From an uncultured Anaerolinea sp. (GTDB lineage: Bacteria > Chloroflexota > Anaerolineae > Anaerolineales > Villigracilaceae): a stretch of DNA of 41,264 nucleotides. The notes beneath the pieces are model-generated. The model ran no database searches and had not been told where the DNA came from. It saw nothing but the letters and a program-made list of their open reading frames with translations. Every line of letters begins with the position of its first letter. The first letter of the stretch is position 1. Of this stretch, positions 19,119 through 28,620 are shown piece by piece. The stretch spans positions 1-41,264 of the forward strand of contig CAZYLM010000002.1 in the NCBI GenBank assembly GCA_964648645.1. The letters run 5' to 3'. The position numbers were made by a program, and so were the translations under genes.

Positions 19119-22046
19119 ATGAATACTCCTGATCCTTACCAGGGCGAACAATTACGAACCAGAAACGCATACATCATCACCGGCGTTTTGATGGTCTCTG
19201 CCCTGTTAAGTGCATTCCCGCTCATTTATTTTGGGGTCAGTAAGAATCTACCCCAACTTTTCATAGTGCCCGGGGTCCTTTTCGTCTGTTTATTGCTGAA
19301 TATCATCCCCATCATTCTTATTGGTCGTGGCCGTAGAGACATGGCAATGATGATCAATATCGTGCTGGCGTTGATTTCAACTTCAAGCTTTATATTCGTC
19401 ATCCAGGGGCGCGGACTCCTTACCGCTCTTTTGCTACTTCTTGCAATGTCTGCCATCTCCGGGTTCGCCATGTCACCAAAATATACGACCTCAGTGGCAA
19501 TTACATCCATCCTGTTTAGCGCAGGAGTAATCGCCCTGGATATGGTGTTGAGAATAAATCGCATCATCCTTCCAGAGATGGACACGTTCTCCCCCCCATT
19601 GGCAGGTGTCCTGGGCATACCCCTCCTGTTGATATTTATCCAACAATACAGGCGCTTCAGCCTGCAAACAAAGATCTCCCTCGGAATTCTTGCAACGGGT
19701 GGGGTTGCCGTTTCCATTGCCTCATACTTCGCCCTCTCACAGATCAGCGACATAACAGACCTGTTTGGGGGGCGCCTCGAAACAAACGTCCGCCGCTCTG
19801 CCGAAGAGCAATTGATAAACAAGGTTGAAAACGAAGCAGCAATCGCAAATGATTTCTTTAATGAAATCGCTTCACATGTGGAGGATATCTCCAGTTATCA
19901 CGCCTCACTGCTAAATCGCTCAGAGGCACTTGGTTTGGGCACATACTGGAACTCTTCCGAAAAATTAGTTCAACTCCCGGGTGGTCAGTACGGAAATTCC
20001 GCCGGAGATTTTTCCTCTGTCTTTATCCCATCTGGTGTTTCAATAGACGAGTCGATACTAATTGGCTTGAACACTTCGGCATATCTCGACTTCACAATTC
20101 CCAATCACCTCGAACAGGATAAGAGCATTCTGGCTATTTATGCCATCAATACACGAGGAGTCGTTCGGTATTACCCAAATATAGAGCTGGCGTCTCTGCT
20201 ACCACCTGACTTCGATGCGACGGAACGGAGCTACTATAAGATCACGGCGCCTTTGTTCAATCAAGAAAAACTCACAAGGTGGGCGATTCCTTATATAGAC
20301 GCAACGGGTGGCGGGCTGGTAGTTACCGTTGCTTCGCCGGTATACCTGGGTGATCAATTTGAAGGGATTATCGCAGCTGATATCCAGTTGAAGGAGATCA
20401 CAGAGCAAATCTCTGCAATAAGTGTTGGTCAAAGCGGGTACGCCTTTTTGGTGGACGATGCCGGCCGGCTGATCTACATGCCTCCCGCTGGTTATCGATT
20501 ATTTGGCATCGACCCCAGCCAAATCGCCCCCGAGGATTTTTTCAAACACACCATCCTTGGTAAGGGGTCGGGAGAACTTCAAAACTTCACCAACCGAATG
20601 GTTGCCGGCGGCAAGGGCATGGGAACAATCCCTGTTGATGGCGCCGATACCTACATCTCTTTTTCACCCCTGCCATCAACAGGCTATAGCCTTGCCTTGG
20701 TCGTTCCTGCCGCTGAAATGCAATCCGCAATAGCGACAACCCGCCAAGACTCTGCCAATCAGCTTCGGGCATCTATCCAGGCAGCGTTGATCACCCTTAC
20801 TGCAACATTTATTGGTGCATTACTTGTGAGTATCGCACTTGGGCAATTGATCTCATCGCCCGTCAAAAGTTTGACACAAACTGCCAACCAGATCGCCAGC
20901 GGTGACCTTACTGCACGCACGAATGTCGTTACAGAAGATGAAACTGGCGCCTTGGCAAGGTCATTCAACACCATGGCAGACCGACTGAAGGAGACGCTTC
21001 AAGGACTGGAAGAGCGTATCGCCATCCGTACGCAGGAATTGGAAGCAGTGAGTCAAACCAATGCGTACCGTGCTTCATTGTTTGAATCGATCGCACGCAT
21101 TTCCCGCATCATCAGTGCAACAAGGCAACTGGATCAACTCCTGCCCCAGATCACCGAAACGATCTCCAGTCAACTTGGGTATTACCATGTAGGAATTTTC
21201 CTCGTAGACTCTCTAAAGGAATATGCAGTACTAGCCGCAGCCAACAGCGACGGTGGAAAACTCATGCTTACCCGAAATCACCGTCTGCGGATCGGAGAAA
21301 CTGGCATCGTCGGTTTTGTAACCCAAACCGGAAATCCACGTGTCGCCCTCGATGTTGGCAGGGATGCCGTTTATTTCAACAACCCTGATCTGCCAGAAAC
21401 TCACTCAGAGATCGCGCTGCCACTACGGAGCCGCAACGAGATCATCGGCGCTCTTGATGTACAAAGCAAGGAAACCAATGCATTCCGCGAGGAGGATATC
21501 AACATTCTGTCGGTCTTGGCAGACCAGGTAAGTACGGCAATTCAAAACGCCAAATTATTCGAGGAAAGCCAGGATGCACGGGTACAGGCGGAACAGGCAG
21601 CTGCTCAACTCGGCGAGCAGCAATGGCGTCAGTACTTGAAGCGTGAATCCATTTCGAATTTCCAATTTGATGGTGTGATGGTTCACGAGTTGAGCCCTAA
21701 CACTAAAACGCCTGCCAATCATCTTGCGATCCCTATCATCCTTCGCGGCGTTCAAATTGGAACCCTGAAGCTTAGCACCACAGACCCGGATCGGAAATGG
21801 GACCTGCATGAGGTTGCCATGGCACAAGCAACAGCTGACCGGACCGCGCTTGCGATAGAAACCGCAAGGCTGCTGGAGGATGCCCAAAAACGAGCAGCCA
21901 AAGAGCGGACGATCGGTCAGATCTCTGCAAAACTAGGAAACCTTGTAAACCTGGATAATATCGTTCAAACAACAATACAGGAATTGGGCGGGACCCTGCC
22001 GGGAACAGAAGTTGTCATCCAATTCACATCAGGACAATCCGGCTAA
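19119..22046 (+). CDS. Membrane sensor 8: multi-TM plus TM-dCache_1-TM-HAMP-GAF-split GAF module
   Basis: About six extra N-terminal TMs, dCache (FDATERSYY, PYID, GIIAADI, GYAFLVD), HAMP DETGALARSFNTM, GAF and tail. Confidence 0.9.
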   Translation: MNTPDPYQGEQLRTRNAYIITGVLMVSALLSAFPLIYFGVSKNLPQLFIVPGVLFVCLLLNIIPIILIGRGRRDMAMMINIVLALISTSSFIFVIQGRGLLTALLLLLAMSAISGFAMSPKYTTSVAITSILFSAGVIALDMVLRINRIILPEMDTFSPPLAGVLGIPLLLIFIQQYRRFSLQTKISLGILATGGVAVSIASYFALSQISDITDLFGGRLETNVRRSAEEQLINKVENEAAIANDFFNEIASHVEDISSYHASLLNRSEALGLGTYWNSSEKLVQLPGGQYGNSAGDFSSVFIPSGVSIDESILIGLNTSAYLDFTIPNHLEQDKSILAIYAINTRGVVRYYPNIELASLLPPDFDATERSYYKITAPLFNQEKLTRWAIPYIDATGGGLVVTVASPVYLGDQFEGIIAADIQLKEITEQISAISVGQSGYAFLVDDAGRLIYMPPAGYRLFGIDPSQIAPEDFFKHTILGKGSGELQNFTNRMVAGGKGMGTIPVDGADTYISFSPLPSTGYSLALVVPAAEMQSAIATTRQDSANQLRASIQAALITLTATFIGALLVSIALGQLISSPVKSLTQTANQIASGDLTARTNVVTEDETGALARSFNTMADRLKETLQGLEERIAIRTQELEAVSQTNAYRASLFESIARISRIISATRQLDQLLPQITETISSQLGYYHVGIFLVDSLKEYAVLAAANSDGGKLMLTRNHRLRIGETGIVGFVTQTGNPRVALDVGRDAVYFNNPDLPETHSEIALPLRSRNEIIGALDVQSKETNAFREEDINILSVLADQVSTAIQNAKLFEESQDARVQAEQAAAQLGEQQWRQYLKRESISNFQFDGVMVHELSPNTKTPANHLAIPIILRGVQIGTLKLSTTDPDRKWDLHEVAMAQATADRTALAIETARLLEDAQKRAAKERTIGQISAKLGNLVNLDNIVQTTIQELGGTLPGTEVVIQFTSGQSG

Positions 22047-22059
22047 TCCGGGAACAACC

Positions 22060-23784
22060 ATGCTTGATAGATTAAGTAAGTACCTACGAAGCGAAGACGA
22101 CCTCGATCCATCCTTCATCAGGTTGACGAGGAATATCCTGATCATCGTCCTTCTGACGAACCTCGCCGTCCTCCCGCTCGTCACTGGGATAGCAGGTGAA
22201 GGCTCGCAAAATATCCCGGCGTTCATTGTTCTTTCTGCTTCTCTCTTAATCGAGATCATTGCTCTCGTCCTCGTGATGCAGGGAAACTTATTCCTTGCAA
22301 AGATCAGTGTACCAATTACGCTTATCATCGCGCTTACTACTATTGCCCTAAACACGAACGGTCTTAGAGACGCCTCATTCTATGCAATCCCGGTCGTCTT
22401 GGTACTTTCTGCGATATTGATGGGCAGGCCTTCATTGTTCGTCATCACCCCCCTGGCGATACTTGCTACAATCATTGTTGCCATCCGCGATCTTTTGACC
22501 GACAATGCTATCACACCCGCCGGGATCGACGATGCCATTATCGTCCCGGTGTTATTCCTTGCGACCTCAGGAATCACGCACATTCTTATTTCCCGCCTCA
22601 ATGACAGTGTCGCACGCGCACGGCAGAGCGAAGAAGCACAAAAACGAGAAAATGAAGAATTAATTGCTTTGCGTGAAAGACTCGAGCACCGTGTGCTGGA
22701 GCGCACCGTTGAGCTTGAAAGAACAAACCAAGTCACTGAAAAGAAAGCCAGACAGTTCAAAGCGGTTGCGCAGGTAATGAACGCGGTCTCGTCTGTCCAA
22801 TCTCTGGAAGAGCTATTACCACTGATTACCCAGGTGATCAGCCAGCAATTCGGTGTGTATCACGTCGGTATTTTTCTTGTGGATAAAAATAGAGAATCGG
22901 CAGTGCTCCGTGCCTCAAACAGCGAGGGAGGGCAAAGGATGCTTGCACGCAGGCACAGCCTGCCAATCGGGCAGACAGGTATCGTAGGATTTGTAACTGC
23001 GACAGGTAGACCACGCATCGCCTTGGATGTGGGAGCGGATTCTGTCTATTTTGACAATCCAGACCTTCCTAATACACGATCCGAGATCGCCCTTCCTTTA
23101 CGATATGCAGGTGAAATCATCGGTGCCTTGGATGCCCAAAGCACTGAACCAAACGCATTCCTGTTAGACGACATTGAAGTGCTAGGCACTCTTGCAGACC
23201 AGGTTGCGGTTGCGATCAATAACGCAGAAACATTTGCCGAAGCTCAAAAAGCCCTGGCAGAAGCACAGAGCGCTGTCGGTCAGGCTGCAAAAGAAGCCTG
23301 GCAGGTTCTCCGTCCCACACAACTCGGGATCGGTTTCTCCTACTCTGATACCGGAACCAAAACGTTGCAATATCCTGTTGAAAATCCCCAAGTTACTCAG
23401 GCGCTTGCTACTGGCAAGACAGTCCTGACTTCTGGACCTGGTAATTGGTCACGCTTGGCTATTCCAGTCCGTTTGAGAGATAAAGTGGTCGGCGTCATGC
23501 AGCTAAGTTCTAGGGGAGATAACAAACTTACCCAGGACGACGCTGAAATCGCAGAAGCTGTGGCTGCCCGTCTTTCCCTCGCCATAGAGGCAGCGACGTT
23601 GCTTCAATCCAGCCAACGACGCGCTGACCTTGAAAAAGTGACAGCCAATATAACAAGCAAGGTTAGTTCATCGTCCCGTTTCGATACCATCCTCCAGACC
23701 GCAGCACAGGAACTAAGCCGCGCTCTCGGAGGGTCCGATGTCATCATTCAAATCGAACCAGCTTCTTTGAAGATGGATGTTTAA
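22060..23784 (+). CDS. Membrane sensor 9: ~6TM-GAF-split GAF module
   Basis: ATG 22060 (MLDRLSKY) avoids overlap with the upstream gene; GAF NPDLPNTRSEIALPL; tail ILQTAAQELSRAL. Confidence 0.88.
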   Translation: MLDRLSKYLRSEDDLDPSFIRLTRNILIIVLLTNLAVLPLVTGIAGEGSQNIPAFIVLSASLLIEIIALVLVMQGNLFLAKISVPITLIIALTTIALNTNGLRDASFYAIPVVLVLSAILMGRPSLFVITPLAILATIIVAIRDLLTDNAITPAGIDDAIIVPVLFLATSGITHILISRLNDSVARARQSEEAQKRENEELIALRERLEHRVLERTVELERTNQVTEKKARQFKAVAQVMNAVSSVQSLEELLPLITQVISQQFGVYHVGIFLVDKNRESAVLRASNSEGGQRMLARRHSLPIGQTGIVGFVTATGRPRIALDVGADSVYFDNPDLPNTRSEIALPLRYAGEIIGALDAQSTEPNAFLLDDIEVLGTLADQVAVAINNAETFAEAQKALAEAQSAVGQAAKEAWQVLRPTQLGIGFSYSDTGTKTLQYPVENPQVTQALATGKTVLTSGPGNWSRLAIPVRLRDKVVGVMQLSSRGDNKLTQDDAEIAEAVAARLSLAIEAATLLQSSQRRADLEKVTANITSKVSSSSRFDTILQTAAQELSRALGGSDVIIQIEPASLKMDV

Positions 23785-23804
23785 TAAGATAGAAGAGTCG
23801 CTTT

Positions 23805-26114
23805 ATGGAATTTGACAACCAATCACAAGCGGAAGTTATTGAGAGCCGTCACGCAGAGACAAGCCTCGGAATCAAGTTAACCCTGGGTGCTGTGAGTCTG
23901 CTTCTGTTTGGTTTTATTGTCTACTCGGTTATAACCATTCGCATCAGCCAGGGAAACCTGGTGGCAAATATCAAATCTGATCTAACAAAGGAAACAGCAG
24001 ATACGATATTCCTCATACAATCCAAGATCGAAGAGTCAAGCACAGCTGCAGTCAACCTTGCCATTTCGATCGAGGCTGGTGTCTCCGAGGAGGCTGACTT
24101 ACAAAAACTTCTCGAGAAATCAATTTCAACGAACGACCAGATCCTTGGTATGACGATTGGCTTCGAACCAAATCAATTAAAGCCTGACCTGCCCTCGTGG
24201 GCATTTCGTTATCTCCGGTCAGACGATGGCACCATCCAATCCACACGCCTAGATGATTACTCCAAGCAGGAATGGTATCTCCGCCCGAAGAGTACTTTTG
24301 ATATTACGGTTTCTGCTCCGCACCAGTACGATGACACCATCAAGAGCAGGTGGGTCATCACAACCAGCGTTCCGTTCTTTGATGATGCTGGGAATTTTAA
24401 AGGCGTTGCTTCTACAGACCTCGACATGGCTGTTATTCAGGGTATCTTTATGAACATCCGGGTCGAGCGAATTGGTTATGCATTCCTAATAGACGATAAA
24501 GGGTCAATACTTGGAATAGGCAAACAGGGTCAAGAGTACGAGCCAATGGTGGACACCATGTATGCCTTTGCCCAGTCAAATGGAAGTACCACCTGGTTAA
24601 ATCTGATAGATAACATGACCCAAGAAAACACCGGCTTTGAGGAAGCGACTGATTGGGAAGGTAACCGTATGTACGTGGCATACGCGCCCGTTGGTATGGA
24701 TACCGGCTGGTCGCTTGCCCTGGTTTATCCCCAAGACGATGTTCTCCAAAAAACAAGATCCCTCCAGACTACGCTTACCGGATACAGCATTGTACTTGCA
24801 ATATTATTTGGTTTCGTCATTTTGTATTTTTCGAGAAACATCACCAACCCATTGATCAGGCTTACCCAGGCGGCAGAAGAGATTTCAAAGGGAAATCTGC
24901 AGGTCTCGGTTGACGTGGAGACCAACGATGAAGTTGGCATCCTTTCGGAAACCATCAATCGAATGACAGGGCAGTTAAGAGATACACTTACCAACCTCGA
25001 GCAACGCATCACCGATCGAACTCAGGACCTTGAGAGCGAACGTAGAAAGTCGGAAATTCGCGCCAACCAATACCTGGCCATCAGCGAGATCGGCAAACTG
25101 ATTAATAGTGAGCAGGATTTGAGCATTCTACTTCCACTCATTGCCCGGTTGGTAAGTGAACAATTCGATTGTTATCATATCGGGATCTTCCTGGTCGATT
25201 CCACAAATCAATTTGCCGTCCTTCAAGCTTCCAATAGCGAAGGAGGCCGCAACCTTTTAGTCCGCGGTTTCAAGATCGCCCTTGCCGAAGGCGGAATCTT
25301 TGCAAGGGTTTTCAAAACCGGAGCGCCGCGCTTTATTTCAGATATCAGGGATGAACCCGGAGGATCCATTGTCAGCGAACTATCAAGATCACGTTCGGAG
25401 GCTGTATACCCACTCAAAGCCCGCGATACGATGATCGGCATTCTTGATATACAAAACGAAAAACCCGGCTTTTTCGCCCAAATGGATACCACCATATTTG
25501 GAATTTTGGCAGACCAGATCGCGATCGCCATAGACAATACACGCCTTTTCCAGCAAACAGAACAGGCACTTTTTGAAGCCCGGTCCGCTTATCAACAGTC
25601 TCTCCAAAAAGGCTGGAGGGAACTCGCGCAAGAGGAAAACACAATCGGATATATCCAAAGCCTTTCAGGCGGCAGACGGCTTTCGAAACCCATTTCTGCG
25701 GACGAGATAGACCAGGCTATGTTCAGAGGCGAAACGCTCATCTTTCATGCCGATGGAAAGACCAGCGAACCCACCCTTGTCGTTCCAATCAAACTGCGAG
25801 ACCAGATCATTGGCATCATGCATATCAAATCTCCACTCCGTGAACGCCAATGGATGCAGACAGAGGTTGAGTTGGTGGAAGCTGTTTCGGAACGGCTTTC
25901 ACTTGCGCTCGAAAATGCACGCTTGATCCAGGAATCCCAACGTCAGGCGTTCAAAGAGCAGACAATCGGTGAAATTACAAACAAGATCGGGTCTTCGGTT
26001 AATTTATATAATGTGCTCGCCACTGCGGTGGAGGAGCTCGGCCGGACGATGCCAGGGTCGGAAGTGACGATAAAACTAAAAAACGATACCGGAAACGGAA
26101 ACGGGAGCGGGTAA
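23805..26114 (+). CDS. Membrane sensor 10: TM-dCache_1-TM-HAMP-GAF-split GAF module
   Basis: DYSKQEWY, GVASTDL, GYAFLID and DTGWSLAL; HAMP DEVGILSETINRM; divergent GAF. Confidence 0.89.
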   Translation: MEFDNQSQAEVIESRHAETSLGIKLTLGAVSLLLFGFIVYSVITIRISQGNLVANIKSDLTKETADTIFLIQSKIEESSTAAVNLAISIEAGVSEEADLQKLLEKSISTNDQILGMTIGFEPNQLKPDLPSWAFRYLRSDDGTIQSTRLDDYSKQEWYLRPKSTFDITVSAPHQYDDTIKSRWVITTSVPFFDDAGNFKGVASTDLDMAVIQGIFMNIRVERIGYAFLIDDKGSILGIGKQGQEYEPMVDTMYAFAQSNGSTTWLNLIDNMTQENTGFEEATDWEGNRMYVAYAPVGMDTGWSLALVYPQDDVLQKTRSLQTTLTGYSIVLAILFGFVILYFSRNITNPLIRLTQAAEEISKGNLQVSVDVETNDEVGILSETINRMTGQLRDTLTNLEQRITDRTQDLESERRKSEIRANQYLAISEIGKLINSEQDLSILLPLIARLVSEQFDCYHIGIFLVDSTNQFAVLQASNSEGGRNLLVRGFKIALAEGGIFARVFKTGAPRFISDIRDEPGGSIVSELSRSRSEAVYPLKARDTMIGILDIQNEKPGFFAQMDTTIFGILADQIAIAIDNTRLFQQTEQALFEARSAYQQSLQKGWRELAQEENTIGYIQSLSGGRRLSKPISADEIDQAMFRGETLIFHADGKTSEPTLVVPIKLRDQIIGIMHIKSPLRERQWMQTEVELVEAVSERLSLALENARLIQESQRQAFKEQTIGEITNKIGSSVNLYNVLATAVEELGRTMPGSEVTIKLKNDTGNGNGSG

Positions 26115-26123
26115 GGAAAATCC

Positions 26124-28598
26124 ATGGAAAAATCCAAGCGTGTCTCGTTCCAGGAATGGATTAGCAAGTCAACACTATCCCGTTTATCCTTGAGAGGTAA
26201 ATTAACGGCAGCCAACATGGCGATCGCAACAGCGATCATCCTTGTTATGGGTACTTATGTTTTTATTCGTATCCGTGATGGAAGCCGCCAACTCATACTC
26301 GGGGTCGAGGAAGATGCAAAAGCCCATGCCGAGGAAGATTACCTGCGGCTAAATTTCGAAGAGGCTGCGAAACTGGGTAATTTTTTCCAGGAGATGACCA
26401 AGAACACCGGGATAGCGGCGGATTCTATAAGCGCCCTGCTTGACGAAAATCAATTGGCTGATGGCAGTGATTGGGATGCGGGAACAGCACTGGAACAGCT
26501 ACCAAACGGCAGTTGGGATAACTCCAATTCAGACAAGGTCGCTATTTTCATTCCAACAGGCGCAGGATTGAACGACTCTTTGATCCGAAAAATTAATCTA
26601 CTTAAATATTCCGAACTTTTTCTCCCGTCCATTCTTGATGAGAATCCAGATATCGTCGCCATATACTTTGGCGGCGAGAAAAAGGAAACTGTTTATTTTC
26701 CAAATATCGATCTTGCCAAGATCGTCCCTGCAGATTTTGATGTAACTGGCAGGCAGTGGTATGTCGCAGCTGCCCCCGGAAACAACCCTGATCGTCACGT
26801 AGTATGGTCTGCGCCATATGAAGACGCGGCATTGAACGGCTTGGTCATAACGACCAGCATCCCGGTATTCGATTCTTCGAACCGATTTCAGGGGGTGGTC
26901 GCAATGGATATCCAAATTACTAGGGTCATCGGGCTGGTCTCCGGCATCCAGGTCGAAGAAACGGGTTACGCCTTCTTGGTAGACCATGATGGAAGAATCA
27001 TATCTCTCCCAGAGAGAGGTTTTGCAGATTTCGGGATCACCGATGAGACTGCCAAACTTAGCGAGATTATGGATCCGAATGCGCTTCCGTCAACGCCTCA
27101 AGTGTTCAAAGACTTTCTGAATAAGGTCATCGCTGAAGGTTCCGGAGTGTTCAACATCACGTTAGGCGAGGCAGAACATACAGTTGCATTCAGTGAGATT
27201 CCTGAAATCGGATACAAAATTATCTACATAGCACCTTCAACAGAAATTACTCCTGTCCAAATCGACCTCTCTGAGCAGATTGCAAGCGAGGCAAGGAATA
27301 CAATCGTGTTCACAGCCCTGCTTGTTGGTCTTGTCCTTTTCGTCGCTTCCATATTCTCATTCGCCATCAGTAACACGATCACGGCACCGATCCGGTCATT
27401 GGCTGAAGCGGCTTCAGAACTTACCAAAGGAAACCTGAACGCCAGAGCTGAGGTTCAGACGGGCGATGAAATGGAGACACTCGCTGATTCCTTCAATCGC
27501 ATGTCGGATACCGTCAAAGACCTTGTGATATCCCTTGAGCAGAGAGTAAGGGAACGCACAGTAGAATTACAAAGGGAAACTGACCGCGGCAGAAGACAGA
27601 GCAAACAATACGAGGCTGTTGCAAGAGTTGCCCAAGATATTACCCTTCAAAAGAATCTCAGCGCATTGCTCCCACAGGTTGCCGAAGTGATCAGTGAGCA
27701 ATTCGGCTTTTATCATGTTGGGATATTCCTCAACGACTCCCTGAAACAATATGCTGTACTGGTTGCCGCAAACAGCGAAGGCGGTAAACGCATGCTGAAT
27801 CGGGGGCACCAATTGCGGATCGGCGCCCAGGGCATCGTGGGGTACGTAACAGATACGATGAAACCCCGCATCGCCTTGAACGTCGGTGAAGATTCCATCT
27901 ATTTTGACAACCCCGACCTCCCAGAGACAAAATCAGAGATGGCACTTCCCCTGATCGAAGCGGGCGAGATCCTTGGGGCGCTGGACGTCCAAAGCCGCGA
28001 GCCAAACGCCTTTTCGAATGAAGACCTTGAGTCTCTCACCATTCTTGCAGAGTTGGTAAGCATAGCCATTCATAATGCAAAACTTTACGAGCAGCAGCAA
28101 AGGTCGCTCGCCGAAGCCGAGGCGGTTTCCCAGCGGTTCCTACGAGAAAATTGGAATCGCCTTGCAGAAGAATTCAAGCTCTCCGGATACCGGTATACTG
28201 CTGGAGGAGTAAGCCCCCTGCCCTTGGAAGAAGGAAACGGTCAACATTCCGAAGAGTCTGATCGAAAGCAAGTAACCGTTCCGATCATCGTACGCGGGCA
28301 AGCCCTTGGGGAACTCATCGTATCCATGCCAAAAGATGAAAGTTTCAAGTCCGACCAAATGGATACAATCCGCGCAGTAGCAGACCGCGTAGCGGTTATC
28401 GCTGAAAATGCCAGGCTGTTTGACGAGACCCAGCGACGCGCCGAACGTGAAAGACTTGTCTCCGATATCACCACAAAGATTCGAGGGTCAAATGACCCGC
28501 AAGAAATGATCGAAACAGCGATCCAGGAACTGCGACAAGCTTTGAAGGTTTCGCGCATCGAGATCGTCCCGCAGAAAAGTAAATCACCCGACCGGTGA
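26124..28598 (+). CDS. Membrane sensor 11: TM-dCache_1-TM-HAMP-GAF-split GAF module
   Basis: FDVTGRQWY, SAPYED and GVVAMDI; HAMP DEMETLADSFNRM; GAF NPDLPETKSEMALPL; tail MIETAIQELRQAL. Confidence 0.9.
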   Translation: MEKSKRVSFQEWISKSTLSRLSLRGKLTAANMAIATAIILVMGTYVFIRIRDGSRQLILGVEEDAKAHAEEDYLRLNFEEAAKLGNFFQEMTKNTGIAADSISALLDENQLADGSDWDAGTALEQLPNGSWDNSNSDKVAIFIPTGAGLNDSLIRKINLLKYSELFLPSILDENPDIVAIYFGGEKKETVYFPNIDLAKIVPADFDVTGRQWYVAAAPGNNPDRHVVWSAPYEDAALNGLVITTSIPVFDSSNRFQGVVAMDIQITRVIGLVSGIQVEETGYAFLVDHDGRIISLPERGFADFGITDETAKLSEIMDPNALPSTPQVFKDFLNKVIAEGSGVFNITLGEAEHTVAFSEIPEIGYKIIYIAPSTEITPVQIDLSEQIASEARNTIVFTALLVGLVLFVASIFSFAISNTITAPIRSLAEAASELTKGNLNARAEVQTGDEMETLADSFNRMSDTVKDLVISLEQRVRERTVELQRETDRGRRQSKQYEAVARVAQDITLQKNLSALLPQVAEVISEQFGFYHVGIFLNDSLKQYAVLVAANSEGGKRMLNRGHQLRIGAQGIVGYVTDTMKPRIALNVGEDSIYFDNPDLPETKSEMALPLIEAGEILGALDVQSREPNAFSNEDLESLTILAELVSIAIHNAKLYEQQQRSLAEAEAVSQRFLRENWNRLAEEFKLSGYRYTAGGVSPLPLEEGNGQHSEESDRKQVTVPIIVRGQALGELIVSMPKDESFKSDQMDTIRAVADRVAVIAENARLFDETQRRAERERLVSDITTKIRGSNDPQEMIETAIQELRQALKVSRIEIVPQKSKSPDR

Positions 28599-28620
28599 TA
28601 ATGATAGAAATGAGGCACTC

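Noticed and set aside
12450-28000. Recurring DNA words (e.g. TATTACCATGT, AACCCTGACCT) as CRISPR or DGR-type repeats
   Set aside because: They are kilobases apart, in-frame and vary at synonymous positions, so they are paralogous coding motifs. No cas or reverse transcriptase gene is present.
4600-28598. Sensors as truncated or pseudogenised histidine kinases
   Set aside because: All eleven end at the equivalent point with a conserved tail and are coupled to the next start. No kinase remnants follow the stops.
4600-28598. Sensors as methyl-accepting chemotaxis proteins
   Set aside because: No MCP hairpin-tip motif (QTNLLALNAAIEAARAG). The LALENARL motif is the GAF terminal helix.
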